Shown here in pieces: positions 23,910 to 35,835 of a stretch of DNA of 49,487 nucleotides. The stretch covers positions 17,640,290 through 17,689,776 of the forward strand of contig NC_068998.1 in NCBI RefSeq assembly GCF_001194135.2. Reading direction: 5' to 3'. Within the stretch, counting starts at the first letter, position 1, and the number at the start of each line of letters is the position of its first letter. The notes under the pieces were generated by a model that saw only the letters and a program-made list of their open reading frames with translations, was not told where the DNA came from and did not search any database. Origin of the DNA: Octopus bimaculoides (taxonomy: Eukaryota). Made by a program: the position numbers and the translations under genes.

Positions 23910-24871
23910 GTGATACACTTCCATGTGGCGGTCCATTACGGGGATTGTGCCGGCCAATAGATTTTACCAACGAGGTTGATCTGGTCCCACCTGAAAACAA
24001 GATGGACGATCGTTTTAACTGGCCCACACGTTTCTTTAAACAAGCATGTGACTGTCGTGGTAACTATGATGGTTTTATGTGTCAGCACTGTGATTATGGA
24101 TTTACAGGACTTAATTGCACCAAAAAACTTCGTCGCATTCGCAAAGATTACAGGAAATTAACTAAAGAAGAGAAAGACGAGCTTCTTCGTGGTATTTTAC
24201 TGCTGAGTGAGACAGACAGTGATTATGCAGTTTTGGATACTACTGCTTCAGTGGATCCTGCAGTGAACCCAACATTTGTAAATGTATCGGTGTACAATTA
24301 TTTAGCTTATTTCCATTACTATGTGGCTAGGAGGACACTTGTGAAGCCTATAGAAAAGTGTCAAACGGCAGCCTTCGTGCCCGATTTTGCTCACGGAGGA
24401 CCGGTGTTCAGTTCGTGGCACCGAGCATATCTCTTACTTTGGGAAATGGAAATAGCAAGAGCCCTGAAAAATCCATCGTTTTCTTTCCCCTATTGGAACT
24501 GGACTGAATCAGGTAGAAATTGTGATGTGTGTACCAACGATTTTATGGGTCATACACCTGATAACAAAAACGGAACACTTGATACTTTGTCTTTGTTTTC
24601 GGAGTTCTCCGTATATTGCGTACCGACTCTGGGCGGCTGTGCAGGCTGCAACGTGTCAACACCGAGTGGGAAGATTATTCGACGCCCAGGCAACAACCCT
24701 GAATATCGCTCACTTCCTCCTTTGAGGGATGTAGAGTTCTTGAAGGCCGTTAAAAACTATGACACTTTACCGTACGACACACGCAGTGGTAATAACAGCT
24801 TCAGAAACCTTTTGGAAGGGTTTGCGAATAGAGAAGGACCAACCACCGGTAGAATGTACACTCATAATCAG
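23910..24871 (+). CDS. Exon 2 of tyrosinase/TRP family gene (EGF-like Cys-rich region, metal site A, first His of site B)
   Basis: Acceptor TTTCAG|G at 23909; phase 1 matches exon 1 (G-GT-GAT...). Encodes CDCRGNYDGFMCQHCDYGFTGLNC, FHYYVAR, DFAHGGPVFSSWHR, PYWNW..CDVC, SFRNLLEGFA and THNQ. Donor CAG|GTTGGT, phase 0. Confidence 0.95.
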
Positions 24872-25199
24872 GTTGGTAAGATTTTATTTGATATTATTGA
24901 GAATGTCAACATCTTGTACCACATCCAAATACTAGGTCTCTTCCAGGTGTCACCCCCTCCACCACCACCACCACCACCACCACCACCACCGTGCAGCTTT
25001 TCCAAGCTTTGATGAAAGCTTCGGCGTCGATTCCATAACTTTTACTGTTGATACTGGTACAGGCTTCTTGCCTGATTATACTTGGCCATGTTGTATTTTT
25101 GATTATAATCTTTCCTTTCATTCTGGATCTTAGACCAAAATTATTTAACGTCTTCCTGAGAAAAGGTTCTTTTTACTTAAATATTCTACGTGTGTCTAC

Positions 25200-26075
25200 G
25201 TGTGTATGCCGTTGTTCAATTTTATTTCAAGATTTATTGCCAATAGAGAAAGAGCCGGTTTTTAACCTAGATCTAAGGCTCCTTCTTTAGAATTTCAATG
25301 TGAACAACGGGGTATTTTTGTTTCTATGTATGTGTATGTGCAGATTTGTATGTTTTGTTTTATGTCTGTATTCTCATGCATATAGTTGTATGCCTAGACA
25401 TGCTCATATATATTTAAATGATAAACGTCTGGAAAGTTTTACAGATTTTTACAGTTCCAGTGATGGACTGGATCTGTAGTCTTCGAATCAGCTTTCTCCT
25501 TTCTGGTTTTGAGAAGCCTAGTTTCTCAAGATTGGTATTTAGTCAGTGTGTCACATATCCCAGTGCCCATTAATTACAGGTATAAATCTGAACTTGTAAT
25601 CTGGACAGAGTAATTGCAGATTTCTCAATAGTCCAGCGTAGATATTCTCTTTATCACTGATCTTCAGTTTTATGTTAACATCCGCTGGGCAGCTAATTTC
25701 TACAACTGTACATAGTTTCTCTTTTCGATTTCTAAATCATTATATCAGGTCTGTTGTGCTTACATTTTATTGAGGTTTTCACTAGGACATTCCACTTCTT
25801 TTTTATTACGAGTGGCTATGGCTTCTACCATACTGTGGGTTCTCATTTCTTTGTCCTCGGGGTTATCCTTCCGACGGATTTCATTATAGAGTATCCTAGC
25901 TACAACATCATGTCTCATCAGTATATAATACCATGATGACATTTTCGGATAACTACTTATGGCGTGGGTAATATCTTCGGTGTTAACTCCACAAACTCTG
26001 CATCGGTTGTCACATTTTGTTGCTTTTCCTGAATCTCTATCCCTTTTGCACATCAGGTATTTGGTTGATATTTCT
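25200..26075 (-). mobile_element. R4/Dong-like retrotransposon 3' fragment (CCHC knuckle, RLE domain, probable 3' UTR)
   Basis: CRVCGVNTEDITHAISSYPKMSSWYYILMRHDVVARILY, then TVVEISCPADVNIKLKISDKENIY..LLRNLQ. The UTR-like region runs left to AAATAAAATTGAAC. Confidence 0.75.
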
Positions 26076-26989
26076 TGTTCCATATGTATGTATGTATGTA
26101 TGTATGTATGTGTGTATGTATGTATGTATCATCTGTTTTTAACCATTTAAACTCTTCCTCTAAAGAAGGAGCTGATTTCTAACAACGATACAAAGCTCCA
26201 TCTTTGGAATGTAGTTAACGAAAACACAGTCACATTTTAAACCTGACAAACATCTTGTATAGTATCACTGTTCTGCTCACATATTGTATATGTAATGTGC
26301 AAATTAGTCGATTGATTTCTTTTCATGAAAACTCAAGCTTATCCAGACTGACTGTAAGGCATTTACTTACAAAACCAAATGCACCTATTATTATTTGTAT
26401 AAATGTAAATTAGTAATCCAGATATAGAAGATGGAGGTTTGAAAGCAGTTGTTCATAGTTATCTTCTTTCTCTTTGATTTTCAAAGAGATATTCACATCA
26501 GCAGGACAGTTGACCCCTATGATGGCACATACTTTTTCTTGTCTGTCCCAAACAAGAATATACAGCCTGTTATGCTTACTCGTAACGTATGTTTTATTGG
26601 GAATGTTTCGTGTACTGATATTTGTGTACTATTCAATAACAGAGGGATTCTCTATGTTTATTCCACGACAGTCTTTTTTCTGAATGGCATTGTATGTATG
26701 TATGCATGTGTGTGTATACGTATGCATGTATGTATGCTTGCCTGTTACATGAATATATGTCTGCATAAACATGCATATGCACGGAGATCACTGCATGTGT
26801 GGATCTGAATGTTTTGAGATATATGGGTACACATGTGCATGCATGTCTACACGTTTATATGTATACTTATTATATGCTGCAATTCAAAAATCTTTTACAA
26901 ATGTTTTTACAGTGGCGTATCAAGAGTGTGCTACCCAAAGTCAGCCATTAAGTTCGCTGGCCCTTTCCCACTCTCCAGCCCCTATTCAA

Positions 26990-27440
26990 GCTGTAAAGTT
27001 GACCCAAAAGTGCCACCAGAGATAGAACGTCCCTCTCGGTTGCCCCTTGCTCCGCTGCTAGTTTTTGATGGTTTGTAGTTGTAATTTCCTGATTTGCCAC
27101 GTTCTTTCGTGAAGCCCAGCTTCTCGAGACCGATGCTGTGACATTTACTTACGTATCCAAGTGTCCCAATAATTATAACTATAATCCCAAAGCTGGATTT
27201 CAATTGAGGAAACTGCAGATTCTTCATTACTTCTTTCTTACTATTCTTTAACTTTTTATTAACAACTGCAAAGAAACTGATTTTCACTGCTATACATAAA
27301 GTCTAGCCGCTATTCCATCCAGTATTCCAACTCATTATGCCTGATCTGTTAATCGCTTACATTTTACAGAGGTCTTAATGGAAACAATTCGCCAGTCTTG
27401 TTTCATTTTATGAGTGACAATGCTCGCCATATCACTTCAG
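26990..27440 (-). mobile_element. RLE retrotransposon C-terminal fragment
   Basis: IIVIIIGTLGYVSK.....LEKLGF resembles the P+IIG.LG motif seen in the other RLE copies. Confidence 0.5.
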
Positions 27441-27889
27441 CTTCTTTTAATTGTATCTTCTAACGCGGCGAGCTAACAGAACCGATGGCGCATCAGACAA
27501 ATATGTTTCGCAGAATTTCTTCTTATTCATTACGTTCTGTGTTCAAATTCCACCGAATTTTCATTGGACTTAATTGCATTTTTCAATTTTTTTAAAGGAG
27601 AGATTGCCTTTCCAGGCATGACTAGCATAATACATGATGGATCCAAAGTATTGTTTGTGCAATACGTTGTTTCATTTTGCTAGTAAACGTGGTGCCTATG
27701 GTTTCTTTATGCTTGTGCATGCACTTCACTTCTTTAACTGTCATTTATGTGTGCTGTGTTGTGGAATTGGTGTTTATAGCTCCAAACAGTTTTGTCATCT
27801 GTTTGAACTATATGCAATTTACTGCAATGGTTGTCCAATATGTTTTCGGGTATGGCTCATAAGAAGAAGAGACACAATGAATTTGTAAG

Positions 27890-28450
27890 GTGCGACTTTA
27901 AGTATCTTATTTTTCAGCCATGTTTTTAATCGGATCTAGGCAAGCACTTAGTTTTGCAACTTGTCAAGAGAATAATTGGGGAGTGTAATGTCATCTACGT
28001 ACAAGATTGTATGTATGCTTCGATAAAGTATCAGTGTCAAGTAGGTATAGGATGATAAAAGCGGGGATGAGGTTCGGATACTTGTAGCATGTCTTTCGCG
28101 AAATTGAAAGTTTCAGAAATGGGTTTGTCTTAGCGGCCTTGAATATAGTTCATTAACCGGTGTTTTCTACTTTTTTGGTAGATGTCACGTATTTGTGCAT
28201 TAGTGGATAGTGAGGATTTGGTGTAGTAAGCTTTGGAAGTTAAAATGATGCGTGAGAGAGGTGATTTGTTGTTGAAGCTATCGTTGTGTCGTCTGTTTTA
28301 GGCTTGTGAGTAGCACGGTTATTGAGTGCAGTGATCTAAATTCACGTTGTGAGTGGGGTTAGTAATGTCAGGTGGTGATACTTCCTACGATTTCGAGGGT
28401 GAGCGTAAGAGTTAAACATCCGCGAATTATATCACTCTATTTTCATTTTT
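27890..28450 (-). mobile_element. Highly decayed non-LTR reverse transcriptase fragment
   Basis: The reverse strand encodes TILYVDDITL (YVDD at 27990-28001), preceded by a frameshifted G.QGS..SP.F.LY-like segment. Confidence 0.5.
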
Positions 28451-28892
28451 TGTTAGGTTTCTAGATTTAAAAAATATTTTATTCAAGACTTAGAACGAGT
28501 ACTTGTAAACATTCATAATTGCAGTTTTAAGTTTATGTTTGTAATTTTTCCCTGAGACTTCTCAGTTTTTTAGATTTCCCTATGGCTTGTTGGTATTTGA
28601 CGAAAGAAAGAGAGAAAAGAAAGAACAATGATCTAAGTGTGTAATTTTCGTTTTGTGTTACTTCTTGACAAGACTTTTGATGGCTGATTTTTGAGATATG
28701 TCTGATGGAGGACATTGTTTTTTTTTGTTTTTTTTTATTGTGTACGGTTGTGTTAAGTTCTTATTGTGACGTGAAATATGATGCAGTTGTTGTTCTTCTT
28801 CCTCTTGATGATAATGACGATGATGACTATGACGACGACAAGGATGACGGCGACGACAATGACGATGACATGACAATGACATGACGACAGTA

Positions 28893-28925
<33 letters not shown>

Positions 28926-29499
28926 CCTATCCTACATAATGTTTTACTGTTTGCTCTGTGGATTACATAGTTTTTATTTTTTTATTCATTTTGTTTTTGT
29001 TATGTCATTGTTTAGATATTTGATATTCAGTTTTATGTCTATTGCTTTTTTACCTTGTCCATAATTTTAACAAGATTGGCTATTTCCGTCGAATAACTAG
29101 GGATACATTTCTTTCTCCTTTTTTTGTTCTTTTTTTTTTCACATTGTCGGATATGTCATTTGGAAGCGACACATATAAAAATGTTTCGTTGAAAATATGT
29201 ATTGCGGGATTTATGTTGGCAGTTATGGTGTTGCTGAATTCTATAATACAAGCCTTGATTCTGTTTCCCGATGAAAGTGGCTCCACATAGAGTATCACAG
29301 ATATCTTTAATTACCGCTACAATACGTCAGCCTACAGGCTAATTCAGTCAGCCCTACTTGCCTCTCCTGCTCACACTTAAGCAAATTTACTAGAGGTTAA
29401 ACACCATCTTGATACACGCTCCTCTTTCTAAGTGAATTTCAAGTGGAACTTGATGTCAATGGAGGTTTGGCTGAAGAGGAATCATACAATGGAAATATA

Positions 29500-29963
29500 C
29501 AGTGGGGGGAAACAAATATTCGTACAGGTCAAAATTCTTTATTTATTTAATTTCTAATGAACATAAACGGGATATATCAATACTATATTTGCATACACAT
29601 GCATAAACTAAGAATATGCAAAAGAAACTAATAAATTATAGTAACTAATGAATTTATATACAATTATAAATATTTAGGGGTGAAAAAAAGTATTTGTACA
29701 GAACATAAATATCTGATAATTCTGATTTAATACTTCGTAGCATAACCATTATTCAGTTCCACTTCAACCAATCTCTTCTTGTAGTTCTTAATCAATGACT
29801 CGCATGTTTCTTTAGGAATTTTTTCCCATTCTTCTTGACAAATTTTCTTCAAATCTGGAATGCACATTGGGGCTCTCGCCGTGTGCTTAGAGTCGTTATC
29901 CTGTTGTAAAACCCACCCTTCACAAAGCTGGAGCTTTTTTACAGAGTCCCATAACTTATTGTT
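29500..29963 (-). mobile_element. Tc1 (DD34E-type) transposon 3' end with internal deletion; remainder lost in the N gap
   Basis: WVLQQDNDSKHTA...DLKKICQEEWEKIPKETCESLIKNYKKRLVEV...GYATKY*. The terminus TA|CAGTGGGGGGAAACAAATATTCGTACAG is at 29500, with an inner repeat AAAAAGTATTTGTACAG near 29685. Confidence 0.85.
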
Positions 29964-30479
29964 NNNNNNNNNNNNNNNNNNNNNNNNNNNNNNNNNNNNN
30001 NNNNNNNNNNNNNNNNNNNNNNNNNNNNNNNNNNNNNNNNNNNNNNNNNNNNNNNNNNNNNNNNNNNNNNNNNNNNNNNNNNNNNNNNNNNNNNNNNNNN
30101 NNNNNNNNNNNNNNNNNNNNNNNNNNNNNNNNNNNNNNNNNNNNNNNNNNNNNNNNNNNNNNNNNNNNNNNNNNNNNNNNNNNNNNNNNNNNNNNNNNNN
30201 NNNNNNNNNNNNNNNNNNNNNNNNNNNNNNNNNNNNNNNNNNNNNNNNNNNNNNNNNNNNNNNNNNNNNNNNNNNNNNNNNNNNNNNNNNNNNNNNNNNN
30301 NNNNNNNNNNNNNNNNNNNNNNNNNNNNNNNNNNNNNNNNNNNNNNNNNNNNNNNNNNNNNNNNNNNNNNNNNNNNNNNNNNNNNNNNNNNNNNNNNNNN
30401 NNNNNNNNNNNNNNNNNNNNNNNNNNNNNNNNNNNNNNNNNNNNNNNNNNNNNNNNNNNNNNNNNNNNNNNNNNNNNAT

Positions 30480-30660
30480 ATATATATATATATATATACG
30501 ACGGACTTCTTTCAGTTTCCGTCTAACAAATGCACTCAAAAGGCTTTGGTTATTCCGAACCTTTTGTAGAAGACACTTGCTCCCAAGGTGCCAAGCAGTG
30601 GGACTGAATCCGGAACCATGTGGTTGGGAAGAAAACTTCTTACAACACAGGCACGCCTGT
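30480..30660 (-). mobile_element. SINE family B, 5' module
   Basis: Reverse of the head ...AACCACATGGTTCCGGATTCAGTCCCACTGCTTGGCACCTTGGGAGCAAGTGTCTTCTAC...GACGGAAACTGAAAGAAG. Homologues at 19565-19715, 41250-41360, 42800-42910, 43430-43580 (-) and 45090-45225. Confidence 0.8.
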
Positions 30661-30979
30661 TGATTTTAACATCATATAGTACAGTAGAACTACAGACATT
30701 GTTGTAGTTAACAAGAAGCATTGTTGTGTTAAAACACTGGTATGATGATACTTACGAGGGGGAAACAGAAAATAATGCAATTGTTGTTTGCATTACTTTT
30801 TCACTTATTTTCGTATATATGTAGATAGTATAAAGAATAATCGAATTAACATTAAGGAAGATGAATACTTGGAAAGTATCAGGATCTCAAAATATGAAAT
30901 CTCATTTGCGCTGATCTCAACCGTCTCGGGAACCCTCGTGGGCCCGCGAAGGCAATAAGCTCAGCTCCTTCCTCTAGAC

Positions 30980-31276
30980 CAGGGGTTTTCAAACTTTTTG
31001 ACTTGCGGACCCCTTTATATTTCAGGCTTTACCTTAGGGACCCCCTTATAAACGCTTATGAAATTTATACATAAATATTTGCTTAAAATAACATATATTT
31101 TTACATTTATTTATTTAACAGTATTTAACAAATAGGTTCATTGTCAATTAAAAGATTTCGATTAAAAAACATATATAAAATCAAATTGCCCATAAAAAGT
31201 ATTTGCTGTCGACAGACCCCCGGTCTTGTCCTTGCGGACCCCCTGTGGTCCGCGGACCACAGTTTGAAAACCCCTG
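30980..31276. mobile_element. Intact non-autonomous hAT (Charlie-type) MITE, 297 bp
   Basis: Perfect 16-bp TIRs CAGGGGTTTTCAAACT / AGTTTGAAAACCCCTG. Perfect 8-bp TSD CTCTAGAC at 30972-30979 and 31277-31284. Subterminal GCGGACC repeats. Confidence 0.95.
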
Positions 31277-31364
31277 CTCTAGACTACAACCAAAGAAAAC
31301 ACAGTCTTACTATATTTAGAAATTGTCTGACGGCGACTCCGCAAAATCATCAACGAATTGAATA

Positions 31365-31545
31365 AAATGCTTAGCGGTATTTCTTCCTGCTCCTTACGTT
31401 CTGAGTTCAAATTCCGTCGTGGTCAACTTGGCCTTTCATCTTTCTCGGGGTGGATAAAATAAATTACTAGTCAAGTACTGGGGTAGATGTAATTAACTTG
31501 CCTCCTCCCATTATAATTTCTGAGCCTGTGCCAAAATTAGAAAGA
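31365..31545 (+). mobile_element. SINE family A, 5'-truncated
   Basis: AAAATGCTTAGCGGTATTTC...CGTTCTGAGTTCAAATTCC...GTGCCAAAATTAGAAAG. Confidence 0.85.
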
Positions 31546-31639
31546 ATATTCAGAAATTTTCTCTAAAAAGTCAGGCAAATAACTAACTAGGAGGGAGATA
31601 TTAAAATTCATTACAGAATATCTTCGAACAAAAAAAAGA

Positions 31640-31965
31640 CTGTTACATAGGAATAGGTCATGAATGACCATGGGATTGCACCTAGAAAGTTACCCTCCGA
31701 GGTACAAGTCCGGACAAGGTTGTTTATGGAAGACCAGCAGTCGCCCATGCATACCAACCTCCTCTCTCCACGCCACCGATGTTATCTAAGGGAAAGGCAA
31801 AGACCAGTACAGTTTGATATTAGTGGCGTCGCAACTCATTTCTACAGGTGAGTGAACTGGAGCAACGTGAAATAAATTCTCTTCCTCAAGAACACAACAC
31901 ACAGCCCGGTCCGAGAATCGAACTCCCTACCTAATGATTGTGAATCCAACGCTCTGACCACTGAG
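31640..31965 (-). mobile_element. tRNA-derived SINE family C (middle module X plus tail T2)
   Basis: Reverse head ATGGCTCAGTGGTCAGAGCG...GGGAGTTCGATTCTCGG (A and B boxes), then TTTATTTCACGTTGCTCCAGTTCAC, then a distinct 3' tail. Confidence 0.75.
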
Positions 31966-32211
31966 CCATAATAAGGATCAAAGAAAGTATAACACAGTAT
32001 AGAAGTAAGCACTAAAATGACATTAGTTTTAGAAATCAAGATCTCTGGTACAACTCCATTTCCGGGAGCGACCACTTCCGTTCATAATATCCTAAAACTA
32101 AGTGAGGAAATAAGAGAAGTTTTGTTGTATGGTGATGCTGAAGCTGCTGATAATGATGATGATAATGTAATAATGATAATGAGTAGCCCTCTCTTTCTTT
32201 CTTTCTTCCTT

Positions 32212-32259
<48 letters not shown>

Positions 32260-32599
32260 TATCTCTGTCAATCGTAGTATCAAATGTAACTAATTGTTTT
32301 TTTGCTGTTGTTTTTGTTCTAAGAGATGTATTGGATATCTTGCGGGATTGTTATCAGGAGTGTTCCTTTTCCGCACTTCGCACTTCTGGTGTGTTTGTTT
32401 CCTAAGATTTGCAAGTGACGAAGAACGGCCTTCCTAAAATCACTAAGGAAGGGAAATATCGTTTAAACTTGTAGCTTCTTGTAGAAAATCCACAAGTGAT
32501 AAATATTCAGTTTTATTTATTAAGTACTTGCGACAAACTGTATTGAAAAGAATTAATTGAATAAAATACGTTCCACTTCATCATATGATAATGATAATG

Positions 32600-32655
<56 letters not shown>

Positions 32656-32745
32656 GATGATGATGATGATGGTGATGATGATTTCTTTATTAACCACAAG
32701 GGTTTACATTAAGAAAAACATTATGGACAACACAGGACAAAACAA

Positions 32746-33540
32746 TAATAAACTGCCAAACGGGAAAGCAGCAGGACCAGACAAAATTCAAAGCTAGAGG
32801 CTCAAGCGGTTTAGGTCAACACACAAGCCAATTGCGTTGCAATTAGACAATTGCCTACAGAGTAATGCAGTTCCGGAATGGATTGTAAAGGGAAAGACAA
32901 CATTATTGATGAAAAATTGGTCAAAGGGCAATGAAGTTGACAATTACCGACCCATTACTTGTCTTAACCTCTTCTGGAAAATGTTAACTGGCATGCTCAC
33001 AGGGAAAATATATACGTCCCTTGTGGGAGACAATCTTCTTCCAGTTGAACAAAATGGATGCCGAAAACAATCGAAGGGCACCAAGGACCACCTTGCCACT
33101 AAGCATTTTGTCTGATGCACTACACATACATGCATGCATGCATGCATACATACATACATACATACATACATACATACATACATACATACATACATACATA
33201 CATACATACATACATTGGAGTTGTATTAGAGATTAAAGCCAGAATAACAAAAGAGTAGACTCCGGAAAATATGGAACTCATAGATGTCTACATTTAACGA
33301 GACCATATCTCACAGTGTTCTTGCAGTACTAGTGCTAGTACCAACATTTGGGATATTGGATTAGACATTCGATGAGACACGCAGTCTGGTTATCAAAATC
33401 AAAAAGGTACTGACCACCACTGGTAAGTTCCATATTAACAATGACACTAATAGGGTTTATGTGAGAGGAATTGATGGCAGTAGAATCATAAGGTTAGTCC
33501 AAACAGCCTTTGAACGTCGCATTGTATCACTCAGACAACA
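32746..33540 (+). mobile_element. R4/Dong-like RT fragments split by a (TACA)n tract
   Basis: KLPNGKAAGPDKIQ, then VPEWIVKGKTTLLMKNWSKGNEVDNYRPITCLNLFWKMLTG...EQNGCRKQSKGTKDHL. Further decayed ORF sequence lies at 33230-33540. Confidence 0.85.
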
Positions 33541-33574
33541 CATGCTGAACAGTAAAGAAAGAAATTAGTATATA

Positions 33575-33750
33575 GCGGCGAGCTAGCAGAATCGTTAGCA
33601 AGCCGGACAAAAAGCTTCAATTCCCGCCAAGGTTGAATTTGACTTTCGTCCTTTTGAAGTCGATAAAATAAGTTCCAGTTGAAAACTGGGGTCGATGTGA
33701 CTGATTTACCCCTCCCTAAAATTGCTGGCCCTGTGCCAAAATTTGAAGCC
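33575..33750 (+). mobile_element. SINE family A
   Basis: GCGGCGAGCTAGCAGAATCGTTAGC...GGGGTCGATGTG...GGCCCTGTGCCAAAATTTGAAGCC. Confidence 0.85.
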
Positions 33751-35604
33751 AATATATAATGTATTGTAAAATTTACTATATTTATGTACATGTGGGAAGT
33801 GTTGTACTAAATCTAGAAAATTCTAACTATGTTCGTGGTAACGTCCAAGTTATGTGGTAGATAATAGTATTTTGTCTTCTGTTGTATGTCAGTAATTCAT
33901 GCCAAGAAAGTAGTTATTTTGATTTGTACTTTAGTTTTAAGCTAGATAATCTGAGATTATAAAGCTTAAGCAATTTTTATATAGGATAACACATGCAAAC
34001 TGTTTTTAATTAATTAATTTGAGATACTAAATTTGAAACTAATCGAGGAAGAAATATTGATTTGTTAAGTGGGTGGGAACTTAATGTTTAAAATATTAAA
34101 AAATGTTGAAGTTGGATCAGATATGCTGTGAAATAAAAATATTTTTTCGTATCTAATATTAATTTTTTTCCCTTTTCTTTCGGCAAATAAGGGAGACAAC
34201 ACCAGGCATGTTCACGCTCATTAGAGTTTGTCACCGTAAGCCTAACCTTACTGTAACATTTATTTTATTGTACAGCATACAGGCTTAAATATTTACAATT
34301 AAACATATATTCTGGAGCCAAAAGGAAGGAAAATATTTGAAATCCAAATAATTCTGAGACGCCATCAACATGACAGATAATATTTAATCGGAATATTAAA
34401 ATGCTAAAGTACAATCAAATATGTGACTAAATCAAACTATATTTATAGGAAACAAATAATTATGTTTTCCTCGGCAGTTCTGGATATGTTTGATTTATAA
34501 TGCAGTTCCTAAACAGTAATATTTAGTCTCGCAGTAACTTGTAGCTTTAACGAATTGTTAAAGTCTGGTAGTTAAGCTAGCTCTTTTTGTGAGTTCAGAT
34601 GATTTCTGGTCATTTTACCATTCAGCAAAAAAGACATTTTGATTTGTTGCATACAGCTGCTACTTTGCACTTTAACTAATGACCAATGTTTCTTTCTCAA
34701 CTTGGATTTCATTGATTAATGCGCTTAGACGGTATTCCTCGTTCACTGGGAATTCCAGACTTGATGCTCAATCAAATTCTCCACATAACAGGAATTGAAG
34801 AGACCCTCATATAATAACTCGGTAAAATTTAAATAGGTTGGTCAGTTAGAGTAAAGATAAGTCGTTGGTTCAGGAAAAAGCTTTTTACAAATGTCTGTTC
34901 GCGTACTTATTTGCTATTTTAGTTGCTATCTTACTTGCTATTTTAACGATGTTTTCCATTAATTTTTCGACCTCACCGCGAACAAACGCTTACAAGGAGA
35001 AAAGTCAAAGATGTAGATTGATTACAACTGATGAGGTTCTACAATTTTAGAAGATTCTAATGAATATCAAAGCTAAATTTAATCAAACGTCTTCACATGA
35101 TGACTTGAAGTCAGTTGAAGATAAAAATTTCAATAGTGACGTGTCTGAAATGAGGGTAATAGTTCTCAATCAACTGATGATAGCGGTGATGTAATGATAC
35201 TAAACTGGCTGATTGTCAATTCTAGTTATCTCCAACTTTCAGGCCTATCAGTTTTCGATCAATCTCTTTTTGAGAGCCGTATCTATCTCTGATGTTCTGA
35301 TGAAAGTTATCTCCTCACCATCAGGACTCACCGGGTAAACTTCTTTGAAAAAAGGTAACTTTCACCAAAAGATTTCATAACTTAAATATTTTATTACATT
35401 GCGATGGAACCGTAAGTACATCGACTAATTCTCAACAGGTAAACGTAGTGGTCGAATTACTTTATGGATGTTTCAATTCGACAGTATTGTATACACATCA
35501 GAGGTTAACTTATGATGACTAACTATTCCTGTCTGTTATTCATCCGTCTTGTGCAGCTTTTCATTAGAACTTTTAGTCGTTTTTGGTGCCATCCGCTTAG
35601 ATAT

Positions 35605-35648
<44 letters not shown>

Positions 35649-35773
35649 TTCCGTCTTCCTCTTTCCTTCTCCAACTTCCTTTATTGTTGCCAAGTCGTAT
35701 GATCAAAAATGTCAGTATTCTTTATTAAACCAGATTTATTCGCATTGTAGGACTACCAGAATTTGAAATACTT

Positions 35774-35835
<62 letters not shown>

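Noticed and set aside
24872-25012. Poly-proline C-terminal extension of the 355-aa ORF
   Set aside because: This is read-through into intron 2 over a (CCA)n microsatellite. The true frame continues HNQ|VH in exon 3.
34560-35400. Coding-looking region in intron 2 (ORF 34865-35050 with a hydrophobic stretch)
   Set aside because: Hand translation of the candidate frame on each strand gives frequent stops and no recognisable motif. It is not needed for the gene model.
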